The translations under genes were made by a program, and so were the position numbers. Shown here piece by piece: positions 30,422-38,959 of a stretch of 64,000 bases of DNA. Below the pieces are notes generated by a model. That model searched no databases, was not told the origin of the DNA, and saw nothing but the letters and a program-made list of their open reading frames with translations. The number at the start of each line of letters is the position of its first letter. Position 1 is the stretch's first letter. Source of the stretch: an uncultured Gemmatimonadales bacterium (GTDB lineage Bacteria > Gemmatimonadota > Gemmatimonadetes > Longimicrobiales > RSA9); NCBI GenBank assembly GCA_963798085.1, contig CAWCRS010000007.1:1600001-1664000 (forward strand). The letters are read 5' to 3'.

Positions 30422-31882
30422 ATGAGACGTGCCTGGGGCATCGTCGCGCTCGCGACGCTCGTGGTTCCGGCCGCGGCACACGCCCAGAAGAAACCGTCGA
30501 ACTCGATGCAGACGCGCAGCGCCGAGATCTACATCGGCCGCCTGAAGGGCGCCGGCACGGACAAGGAGCGCAATGACCTGCTGGACAAGGCGCTCGAAGT
30601 ACTGACGGAGGGAATGACGAAAGACCCTGACAATCCCAAGGTCTGGTTTCTGGCAGGGCAGGTCTATGCACGCAAAGGCGATGCGGCGGGCGCGGATTCG
30701 ACGTTCGACAAGGCGGAGGCGCTGTATCCTGACTACAGGAAGGAAACCCAGCAGGAGCGTCTCGCGCTCTGGGTCCAGAAATACAATCAGGGTGTCAGCG
30801 CGGCGCAGCAGCAGAAGAACAATGAGGCCATCGCGGATTTCGAGGCCGCGGATCAGATCTACGACGGTCGCGCGGAATCGGCGCTGATCATGGGATCGCT
30901 GCTGGCGCAGAAGGGCGATCTCAAGGGTGCCGAGGCGGCGTATCGCAAGGCACTCGCCATCACGGAAGGCCCGGCTGCGCAGAGCGTCGCGCCCAAGGAC
31001 AAGCCGGTCTGGCTGGAGCAGGAGGCATCTTCGGCGCATCGCCTCGCCTCTCTGCTGGAGCAGACCGGCCGCAAGGACGAAGCCCTCGAGATCTACCGCA
31101 GCCTGGTGCAGCACCAGCCGGCCAACGCCAGCGCGAAGGCCGACCTGGCCACTGCTCTGAGCAATGCGGGGAACAAGGATGAGGCGGCAAAGACGTACGA
31201 GCAGCTGTTCGCCAGCGGCGATCTGAGCGACACGCAATGGTTCAATGCGGGCGTGCAGATGTACGGCAGCAGCAACTACGAGATGGCCGCGCGCGCATTC
31301 CGCAAATCGATCGAGAAGAATCCGTATGCGCGTGACGCGCTGTACAACCTGGGCCAGGCGCTCTATGCGCAGGCAGCGGCGCTGGAAGACCAGCGCAAGG
31401 CTGCGCCCGACGCACAGAAGGCCGCGCTGAACGCGAAGATCGAGCCCATCTACAAGGAACTGCTCGACGTAGCCGGCAAGATGCGCGAGCTGGATCCGAA
31501 CTATCGCCCGGCCATCATGATGATGGCACAGTCGCAGCGCAGCCTGAGCGAAACGGCGACGGATGCGGCGGCAGCGAAAGTATGGAGAGACAAGGTCGTC
31601 GCCACGCTGCAGTCGGCTGAGAATGTGCCGTTCGAAATCAGCGCTGTGGAGCTGCAGCCTTCGCAGGGCGGCGCCGTCGTGAACGGCAAGCTCACGAATC
31701 TCAAGGGCACGCCCGGGCAGAATGTGACGCTCGAGTTCACGGTGCTGGGCGAAGGCGGCGCGGCCGTTGCCACTCAGACGGTAACCGTCGCGCTCAAGGA
31801 GGCGGAGACGGCGGTGCCGTTCACGTTCGAGGTGCAAACGGACAAGGCGATTCTGGGCTGGAAATACCGCGTGACGTCTTGA
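30422..31882 (+). CDS. Secreted TPR protein with C-terminal Ig-like (FxLYD-like) domain
   Basis: Signal peptide ending AHA-Q, several TPR-like helical pairs (WFLAGQVY, WFNAGV, LYNLGQALY), beta-rich C-terminus; GAGGGG RBS. Confidence 0.85.
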   Translation: MRRAWGIVALATLVVPAAAHAQKKPSNSMQTRSAEIYIGRLKGAGTDKERNDLLDKALEVLTEGMTKDPDNPKVWFLAGQVYARKGDAAGADSTFDKAEALYPDYRKETQQERLALWVQKYNQGVSAAQQQKNNEAIADFEAADQIYDGRAESALIMGSLLAQKGDLKGAEAAYRKALAITEGPAAQSVAPKDKPVWLEQEASSAHRLASLLEQTGRKDEALEIYRSLVQHQPANASAKADLATALSNAGNKDEAAKTYEQLFASGDLSDTQWFNAGVQMYGSSNYEMAARAFRKSIEKNPYARDALYNLGQALYAQAAALEDQRKAAPDAQKAALNAKIEPIYKELLDVAGKMRELDPNYRPAIMMMAQSQRSLSETATDAAAAKVWRDKVVATLQSAENVPFEISAVELQPSQGGAVVNGKLTNLKGTPGQNVTLEFTVLGEGGAAVATQTVTVALKEAETAVPFTFEVQTDKAILGWKYRVTS

Positions 31883-31930
31883 ACCGGGACGCACGGACGG
31901 GTAGCTTCCGACACACATTGTGGAACGAGA

Positions 31931-31957
31931 TCGGGGCGGCCGCACAGGCTGCCCCGA
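31931..31957. terminator. Intergenic stem-loop (terminator-like, no U tract)
   Basis: TCGGGGCGGCC-GCACA-GGCTGCCCCGA; 11-bp stem with one G-U. Confidence 0.35.
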
Positions 31958-31970
31958 GCGTTAGGTGGGT

Positions 31971-33236
31971 ATGGTACGCGTCGCACAGGTAGTGCCCGGC
32001 AGCATTGCCAATGAACTGGGTGTCGAGAGTGGCAGCCGGATCGTCCGCATCAATGGCGAGCCGGTGCGCGATGCCATCGACCTGCGCTTCCGCGAAGTCG
32101 ATGAACGCCTCGAGGTGGAAGTTGTTGCCGGCGGTGCCAACACCGTGTTCGAGATCGAGAAGCCCGCCGGCGAGCCGCTCGGCGTGGTACCCGCGCCCGA
32201 TCCGGTCCGCCAGTGCGCCAACCGCTGCCCGTTCTGCTTCATTGATGGCAACCCGGCCGGTGCGCGCCGCTCGCTGTACGTGAAGGACGACGATTTCCGC
32301 CTCTCGTTCACATACGGCAGCTATGTCACCCTCACCAACCTCGGCCCGCGCGGCTTCGAGCGCCTCATCGAACAACGACTCTCGCCGCTCTACGTCAGTG
32401 TGCACGCGACCGAGCCCGCCGCGCGCAGGGCCGCGCTCGGCGTCGAGCGCGGCGGCGAGATCCTGAGCGATCTGGCGCGACTGCTGGAAGGGGGGCTCGA
32501 AGTCCACACGCAGGTGGTGCTGTGTCCGGGCCTGAACGATGATGTGCACCTGGAGCGCACCATTGATGACCTGTGGGCGCTGGGCGAAGGCATTCTCTCG
32601 CTCAGCATCGTGCCGGTCGGACTCACCCGCTTCAACCTGCACCGACCCATCCGGCTGCTCGACAGCGCTGATGCCCGCCGCGCACTGGCGCAGATCGAGC
32701 GCGGGCGGCAGCGCGCACGAACCGAACGCGGCACGGGCTGGGTTTACGCAGCGGACGAGATGTTCTTCCTCGCGCAGCAACCGCTACCCGCAGCCGCCTG
32801 GTACAATGACTGGCCACTCACCGAGAACGGCGTGGGCGCGGTACGCTGGCTGCTGGACCGCTTCGCGCGTGATCTGCGACGCACGCCCGGGCTGCGCGGC
32901 CGGCATGTCACGCTGGTCACCGGCCAGCGCATGGCGCCCGTGCTGGCGACCCTCGCCGGGCAGCTGGCTTCGGCCGCCGACTGCGACATCGAGGTGACCG
33001 CCGTGCGCAACCAGTACTTCGGCGAAACCGTGACCACGGCGGGACTGCTGGCCGGCATGGACATCCTCGACGCGCTGGGCAGCAGCAGGCGGGACATCGT
33101 GCTGCTGCCGGCCGAAGCGCTGAACGACGACGACCGTTTCATTGATGACACGCCGTTAGCCGACGTGATGGCGGCGCTGGCGCCGGCGCGGGTACTGCCC
33201 GCCCACGAAATCCACAGCGCACTGAAGGACCTGTGA
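31971..33236 (+). CDS. PDZ / radical-SAM-like DUF512 Fe-S protein
   Basis: N-terminal PDZ-like region, CANRCPFC, LYVKDDDFRLSF.YGSYVTLTN, SPLYVSVH, ENGVG, N.YFG. Confidence 0.9.
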   Translation: MVRVAQVVPGSIANELGVESGSRIVRINGEPVRDAIDLRFREVDERLEVEVVAGGANTVFEIEKPAGEPLGVVPAPDPVRQCANRCPFCFIDGNPAGARRSLYVKDDDFRLSFTYGSYVTLTNLGPRGFERLIEQRLSPLYVSVHATEPAARRAALGVERGGEILSDLARLLEGGLEVHTQVVLCPGLNDDVHLERTIDDLWALGEGILSLSIVPVGLTRFNLHRPIRLLDSADARRALAQIERGRQRARTERGTGWVYAADEMFFLAQQPLPAAAWYNDWPLTENGVGAVRWLLDRFARDLRRTPGLRGRHVTLVTGQRMAPVLATLAGQLASAADCDIEVTAVRNQYFGETVTTAGLLAGMDILDALGSSRRDIVLLPAEALNDDDRFIDDTPLADVMAALAPARVLPAHEIHSALKDL

Positions 33237-34561
33237 GCACTGCACTGCCGACCGTCGCCATCGTGGGCCGCCCCAATGTGGGCAAGTCCACGCTCTTCAA
33301 TCGTGTGCTGGGCCAGCGCCGCGCCATCGTGGATGACAAGCCGGGCGTCACGCGTGACCGCAATTTTGCGCGCGCGTCCTGGGCGGGTCACGACTTCTTC
33401 GTGGTGGATACGGGCGGCCTCGAGCCGGACACGAAGGATGCCCTGCCCAGCGCCATCCGGCGACAGGTCGAGGCGGCACTCGAAGAAGCCAATGTGCTGC
33501 TCTTCGTGGTGGACGGCAAGGAAGGGCCGAGCCCGTCGGATGAACGCGTGGCGGAATTGCTGCGCAAGACGGCCCGGCCGGTGCTGCTGGTGGTCAACAA
33601 GATGGACCGGCTGCCCGACGACCTGGGCCATTTCGACTTCTGGGAGCTGGGCCTGGGCGAGCCCATTGCCGTGAGTGCCATTACCGGCAAGGGATCAGGC
33701 GACCTGCTGGATCGTGTGATCGCCGCGCTGCCGCAACGCGACGTCGCCGCCGACGAAGGCGCGCTCAATGTGGCCGTGATCGGCAAGCCGAACGTGGGCA
33801 AGTCGAGCTTCATTAACAGACTGTTGGGCCAGGAGCGGCTGGTGGTGAGCGAGGAAGCAGGCACCACACGTGACAGCATCGACACCCCCATGATCTACCA
33901 CGAACGCACGCTCATCTTCATTGATACGGCAGGCCTGCGCCGGCATGCGCGCATCGAACCGGGCCTCGAGTATTACAGCTCGCTGCGTACCGAGCGCGCC
34001 ATCGAGCGCGCCGACGTGTGCCTGCTGCTGATCAATGCGACCGAGCCGGTGCACGGGCAGGACCTGCGCATCGCGGAACGCGCGTGGCGCAGTGGCTGCG
34101 GCCTCATCATCGTGGTCAACAAATGGGACCTGGTGGAGAAGGAGACGATGACGGCCGTCGAGTACGAGCGCGCCTTGCGCGCGCGCGCGCCGGCCCTGGG
34201 CACCGTACCCGTGCTGTTCGCCTCCGCGCTGACGGGACAGCGCGTGCAGCGCGTGCTGGACCTGATCCTCACGGTGGCCGCGAACCGGTCGACGCGCATC
34301 GCAACGAGCGCTGTGAACGAAGTCGTGGCCGAGCTGGCGAAGCGACTGCCGCCGCCGAACTACCGGGGCTTCCCGGTGCGCTTCCTGTACGCCACACAGG
34401 CCGCCGCCGACCCGCCCACGTTCGTGATCTTCACGAATCACCCGGACGCCGTGCCTGAGCATTACATGCGCTACCTGCGCAACGGCTTTCGCGAACACTG
34501 GGGTTTTGCCGGCACACCGATCCGCATCCGGTTGCGGGCGAAGTCGGAGAAGAAGCAGTGA
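33233..34561 (+). CDS. der: Ribosome biogenesis GTPase Der (EngA)
   Basis: Two G domains (GRPNVGKS, DTGG, NKMD; GKPNVGKS, DTAG, NKWD) plus KH-like tail. Confidence 0.97.
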   Translation: MSTALPTVAIVGRPNVGKSTLFNRVLGQRRAIVDDKPGVTRDRNFARASWAGHDFFVVDTGGLEPDTKDALPSAIRRQVEAALEEANVLLFVVDGKEGPSPSDERVAELLRKTARPVLLVVNKMDRLPDDLGHFDFWELGLGEPIAVSAITGKGSGDLLDRVIAALPQRDVAADEGALNVAVIGKPNVGKSSFINRLLGQERLVVSEEAGTTRDSIDTPMIYHERTLIFIDTAGLRRHARIEPGLEYYSSLRTERAIERADVCLLLINATEPVHGQDLRIAERAWRSGCGLIIVVNKWDLVEKETMTAVEYERALRARAPALGTVPVLFASALTGQRVQRVLDLILTVAANRSTRIATSAVNEVVAELAKRLPPPNYRGFPVRFLYATQAAADPPTFVIFTNHPDAVPEHYMRYLRNGFREHWGFAGTPIRIRLRAKSEKKQ

Positions 34562-34571
34562 GCAGGCGGGC

Positions 34572-35177
34572 GTGACCGCTCTCTACATTGTCCTTGCCTA
34601 TCTGACAGGCGCGTTCCCCACGAGCTACGTGGTGGCGAAAGTCGGGTACGGCATTGATCTCCGGCAGCACGGCAGCGGCAACCTGGGCGCGACCAACGCC
34701 TACCGCCTGCTGGGCTGGAAAGCAGCGCTGCCCATTTTCATCGTCGACATCGCGAAAGGCTGGTTTCCCACGTTCTGCTTTCCGCTGTGGAACGCGGGCG
34801 GGTCGCCGGACTGGGCCATGGTGTTCGGTGCAGCCGCCATACTCGGCCACGTGTATTCCGTGTACGTGCGCTTCCGCGGCGGCAAGGGTGTTGCCACCAG
34901 CGCGGGCGTGCTGCTCGCCTTGCAGCCTGTTGCCATGCTCGTCGGCCTCGCGGTGTGGGCGGGACTGGTGTGGGCCACCGGCTACGTCTCGCTCGCGTCG
35001 ATTGCGGCCGCACTGGTGATTCCTGTCGCCGTGCTGCTGCTCAATGGTGTGGGCGCGCTGTTCTGGCTCACCCTCGCGCTCGCGGGGTTCGTGGTGTGGG
35101 CGCATCGCGCGAACATCAAACGCCTGCTCGAGGGAAGCGAACACCGCTTCGGTCACCGCCGGGAGGAGGCGAAGTGA
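34572..35177 (+). CDS. plsY: Glycerol-3-phosphate acyltransferase
   Basis: GSGNLGATN, GH..S...FRGGKGVAT, HRANIKRL..G.E. Confidence 0.95.
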   Translation: MTALYIVLAYLTGAFPTSYVVAKVGYGIDLRQHGSGNLGATNAYRLLGWKAALPIFIVDIAKGWFPTFCFPLWNAGGSPDWAMVFGAAAILGHVYSVYVRFRGGKGVATSAGVLLALQPVAMLVGLAVWAGLVWATGYVSLASIAAALVIPVAVLLLNGVGALFWLTLALAGFVVWAHRANIKRLLEGSEHRFGHRREEAK

Positions 35178-36184
35178 GTGAACGCATCGGTGTCGTGGGC
35201 GCGGGGAGCTGGGGCACCGCGCTGGCCGGTCTGCTGGCCGGCAAGGGCCACGACGTGCGACTCTGGGCGTTCGAGGAAGAAGTGGTCCGCGGCATCAACG
35301 AGCGCCACGAGAATCCGCTGTACCTTGCCGGCATCCGTCTGGCCGCTTCACTGGTGGCCACGCGCGACGTGAGCGAAGCCGTGCGGGGCGCCGGCACCAT
35401 CGTTTCCGTCAGTCCAGCGCAGCACGTGCGCAAAGTCATGAGCACCGCCGCACCCGCCATTGCGCCGGACGCGATCGTGGTCAGTGCATCGAAGGGTATC
35501 GAGAAGGGTACGCTCTGTACAATGGCGCAGGTGCTGAGCAGCGTGCTGCCCGCCGGCACGAGCGCACGTACCGCATACCTCTCGGGCCCGAGCTTCGCCG
35601 CGGAAGTTGCGCACGAGCTGGCCACCGCGGTCACGGTCGCGAGTGAGAGCGAAAGCACGGCAAGGAAAGCACAGGCACTCTTCCAGACATCGTTCTTCCG
35701 CGTCTACCGCAGCAGTGATGTGACGGGTGTGGAGCTGGGTGGCGCACTGAAGAACGTGATCGCCATTGCGGCCGGCATGGCGGTGGGACTGGGTCAGGGC
35801 CACAACGCGACCGCGGCGCTGATCACGCGGGGACTCGCGGAAATTGCGCGACTGGGCATGGCACTGGGCGCCCGGCCGCTCACACTTTCCGGACTCGCGG
35901 GTATGGGTGACCTGATCCTGACGTGCACTGGCGAGCTGAGCCGCAACCGCCACGTTGGCGTCGAGCTGGGCCGGGGCCGGCCATTGCGCGAGATTCTGCA
36001 GGGCATGACGATGATCGCGGAAGGCATAGACACCACCATCGCGGCCCGGGCACTGGCCGAGCGCGAAGGCATCGAAATGCCCATCGTGCTCGCTGTACAC
36101 TCTGTGCTGTTCGAGAATCGCACGGCGAGGGAAGCACTGGACACGCTCATGCTGCGTGAGCCCAAACCGGAGTTCTGGTCATGA
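35174..36184 (+). CDS. gpsA: NAD(P)H-dependent glycerol-3-phosphate dehydrogenase
   Basis: GAGSWGTALA, SKGIE, LSGPSFA, GGALKNVIAIAAG, GMGDLILTC, SRN. Confidence 0.96.
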   Translation: MSERIGVVGAGSWGTALAGLLAGKGHDVRLWAFEEEVVRGINERHENPLYLAGIRLAASLVATRDVSEAVRGAGTIVSVSPAQHVRKVMSTAAPAIAPDAIVVSASKGIEKGTLCTMAQVLSSVLPAGTSARTAYLSGPSFAAEVAHELATAVTVASESESTARKAQALFQTSFFRVYRSSDVTGVELGGALKNVIAIAAGMAVGLGQGHNATAALITRGLAEIARLGMALGARPLTLSGLAGMGDLILTCTGELSRNRHVGVELGRGRPLREILQGMTMIAEGIDTTIAARALAEREGIEMPIVLAVHSVLFENRTAREALDTLMLREPKPEFWS

Positions 36185-36744
36185 ACAACGAATCGGGCGA
36201 CGATCTGTTCCCCTGGGAGACGGAAGAGTCGGAAGCGACGGTCGAAGCGCAGGGCGTGTCTGCCCTGGCGCCGTCGCCGATCGCACCTGCCCCGTCCGGC
36301 GCGACCGCGCGGGGACAGCGGCGGGACGAACGCGTGGACGAAGTGCGCACCGATGATGATGGCAGCGCGAACCCGCCGGTGCGCGACCGCGCGGTCACAC
36401 AACGCGAGTACTACTCGATCAGCGAGGTCTGCGACATGGTGGGCCTCAAGCCACACGTGCTGCGCTACTGGGAAACACAGTTCGCTCCGCTCAATCCTTC
36501 GAAGAACCGTTCCGGCAACCGCGTCTACCAGCGCAAGGAAATCCGCCTGATCGTCCTCGTGAAGTTCCTGTTGTACGAGGAGAAATACACGGTGGAAGGC
36601 GCCCGGGCGAAGCTGGATCAGCTGCGCCGCACGGGCAAGCTGCCGGAGATGGCAGGCCGCGCGCTGCGCGCGGACACCGCGGACCTCGTGCGCGGCGAGC
36701 TGGAGCAGCTGCTGCGCGTGCTGACGCCTCCTGCGCACGCCTGA
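36181..36744 (+). CDS. MerR-family transcriptional regulator with disordered N-terminal extension
   Basis: YYSISEV, PHVLRYWETQF..L.P.KNRSGNR.Y, LLYEEKYTVEGA. Confidence 0.9.
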   Translation: MNNESGDDLFPWETEESEATVEAQGVSALAPSPIAPAPSGATARGQRRDERVDEVRTDDDGSANPPVRDRAVTQREYYSISEVCDMVGLKPHVLRYWETQFAPLNPSKNRSGNRVYQRKEIRLIVLVKFLLYEEKYTVEGARAKLDQLRRTGKLPEMAGRALRADTADLVRGELEQLLRVLTPPAHA

Positions 36745-37493
36745 TGCTGACCCTGGTAACCAACGATGACGGGTGGCTGGCGGGAGGTCTGCGGATACTG
36801 TCGCAGGCCGCTGCCGAGCTGGGTACCGTCGCCGTGGTTGCGCCCGACCGTGAACAGAGCGCCACCAGCCATTCCCTGACACTGCATTACCCACTGCGCG
36901 TGCGCCACGCCGACAATGGCGTGATGGTCGTCGACGGCACACCTACCGACTGCGTCGTGCTGGCGGTGGGCGAGCTGCTGCCGCAGCGACCCGACTTCGT
37001 GCTGTCCGGTGTGAATCACGGCGCCAATCTGGGCGATGATGTGCTTTATTCAGGCACGGTCGCCGCCGCCATGGAAGCGACTATCCTCGGCATTCCCGCG
37101 GTCGCGGTTTCCTACACGGGGCAGGATGCGGAAGCGCTGAGCGAGTGGGTGCCGCTCCTGGGCCGACTGCTGCGCCAGCTGCTGCTGCGCACGGAGCTGC
37201 CCAGGGAGACGCTGTTCAACGTCAACCTGCCGGCCGTGGCGCCGGGCAATGTGGCAGGCGTGCGCATCACGACGCTGGGGCGCCGCGCCTACATGGGATC
37301 GCTCACGCGGGCTGCGGATCCCGCGGGCCGGGAATATTTCTGGATCGGTGGTGGCGAGTCGACGTGGTGGGGCAAGGACGATTCCGATTTCCGCGCCGTG
37401 CACGAAGGCTTCATTTCTGTGACGCCACTGCACCTCGATCTCACCAACTACGGTCTGCTGGAGGAGATCGGCCGGTGGGACCTGAAGCTCTGA
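36744..37493 (+). CDS. surE: 5'/3'-nucleotidase SurE
   Basis: VTNDDG, APDREQSATSHS, DGTPTDCV, SGVNHGANLG, YSGTVAAAMEA. Confidence 0.96.
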   Translation: MLTLVTNDDGWLAGGLRILSQAAAELGTVAVVAPDREQSATSHSLTLHYPLRVRHADNGVMVVDGTPTDCVVLAVGELLPQRPDFVLSGVNHGANLGDDVLYSGTVAAAMEATILGIPAVAVSYTGQDAEALSEWVPLLGRLLRQLLLRTELPRETLFNVNLPAVAPGNVAGVRITTLGRRAYMGSLTRAADPAGREYFWIGGGESTWWGKDDSDFRAVHEGFISVTPLHLDLTNYGLLEEIGRWDLKL

Positions 37494-38137
37494 GCGATGC
37501 GCGCTACGAGCGCCAGCGACAGCGCCTGATCGAGCAGCTGCGCGAGCACGGCACGCAGGACCTCACCATCCTGCGCGCCTTCGATCTGGTGCCTCGCCAT
37601 CTCTTCCTGACGGAAGCGGTGCGCCATTTCGCCTACGACGATGAGGCCCTGCCCATCGGCTTCGGGCAGACTGCGTCGCAGCCATCCCTGCAGGCCCTCT
37701 ACATGCAAGTGCTGCAGCTGCAGCCCGGCGATCGCGTGCTCGAGATCGGCACGGGCAGCGGTTACCAGACCGCCGTGCTGTCCAACCTCGTGCAGCACGT
37801 GTACTCGGTCGAGCGCATTCGCGAACTGACCGCGCGCGCGCGCGCCGCGCTCGACCAGCTGCGCGTCAACAACGTGGCGCTGCTCACAGGCGATGGCAGC
37901 ATCGGCTGGTCACGATACGCACCCTACGACGCGATCCTCGTGGCGGCCGGCGCACCCGCACCCCCACAGGCGCTGCTCGATCAGCTCGCCCCCGCCGGCC
38001 GAATGCTCATCCCCATCGGGGATCGCGAGGTGCAGCGGCTCACACTGTTCCGCAAAACGGAGCAGGGCGTCGAGACTGAAGAGATCACGGCGTGCACGTT
38101 CGTGCCGCTGCTGGGCCGCTTCGGCTGGCCCGCCTGA
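37475..38137 (+). CDS. pcm: Protein-L-isoaspartate O-methyltransferase
   Basis: VPRHLF, LPIGFGQT.SQP, LEIGTGSGYQ, APYDAI; GTG 37475 preceded by GGAGGAG. Confidence 0.94.
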   Translation: MGPEALSDARYERQRQRLIEQLREHGTQDLTILRAFDLVPRHLFLTEAVRHFAYDDEALPIGFGQTASQPSLQALYMQVLQLQPGDRVLEIGTGSGYQTAVLSNLVQHVYSVERIRELTARARAALDQLRVNNVALLTGDGSIGWSRYAPYDAILVAAGAPAPPQALLDQLAPAGRMLIPIGDREVQRLTLFRKTEQGVETEEITACTFVPLLGRFGWPA

Positions 38138-38182
38138 ACAGCTGCCCAACCGCAACGCGAACCCAGCGAGAAGGCCCCGCTC

Positions 38183-38830
38183 ATGGACCTGCTGCTCCAG
38201 CTCGTGGACTTCATCCTGCACATCGACGTGCACCTGGATGCCATCATCCGGGACTACGGTGCGTGGACCTACGGCATCCTGTTTCTCATCATCTTCTGCG
38301 AGACCGGACTGGTCGTCACGCCCTTCCTGCCGGGCGATTCGCTGCTGTTCGCCGCGGGTGCGTTCGCTGCGCGCGGCTCTCTCTCGGTGGCCACGCTGTT
38401 CCTTCTGCTCGCCGGCGCCGCGATCCTCGGCAATACCGTGAACTACTACGTGGGCCGCTTCCTCGCGCCACGAGCACAGCGCGGATTCCGCTTCGTCAAG
38501 CAGGAGCACCTCGATCGCACCCACGCGTTTTTCGAAAAGCACGGTGGCAAGACCATCGTGCTGACCCGCTTCGTGCCCATCATCCGCACCATGGCGCCGT
38601 TCGTCGCGGGACTGGGTGCGATGGAGCCGCGGGGCTTCGCAGCCTGGAATGCCGCCGGCGGCCTGCTGTGGATCGGACTGTTCGTTTTCGGCGGTTTCTT
38701 CTTCGGCAACATCCCGGCCGTCGAAGAGCACTTCACGTTTGTCATCCTCGGCATCATCGCACTGTCGGTACTGCCGGCCGTCATCGAGTTTCTGCGCCAC
38801 CGCCGGTCGCGCTCGCCCGTTCGCACCTGA
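38183..38830 (+). CDS. dedA: DedA family membrane protein
   Basis: FCETGLVVTPFLPGDSLLF, RFVPIIRTMAPFVAG. Confidence 0.93.
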   Translation: MDLLLQLVDFILHIDVHLDAIIRDYGAWTYGILFLIIFCETGLVVTPFLPGDSLLFAAGAFAARGSLSVATLFLLLAGAAILGNTVNYYVGRFLAPRAQRGFRFVKQEHLDRTHAFFEKHGGKTIVLTRFVPIIRTMAPFVAGLGAMEPRGFAAWNAAGGLLWIGLFVFGGFFFGNIPAVEEHFTFVILGIIALSVLPAVIEFLRHRRSRSPVRT

Positions 38831-38959
38831 ACGCCTCGCCACGGTCGAGGCGCCAGGGCTTCACAGGCGGGGTCGACTCGCGCATCTTGCCCGGCATTGC
38901 GCGTTCCACGATTTCGTCCGGCTGCAGGCGGTGCGCGCGTCCCTCCGCACGTGAGGACC

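Noticed and set aside
28986..31945. 561-aa and 563-aa minus-strand ORFs
   Set aside because: Antisense to larC and the TPR gene, which carry recognisable motifs.
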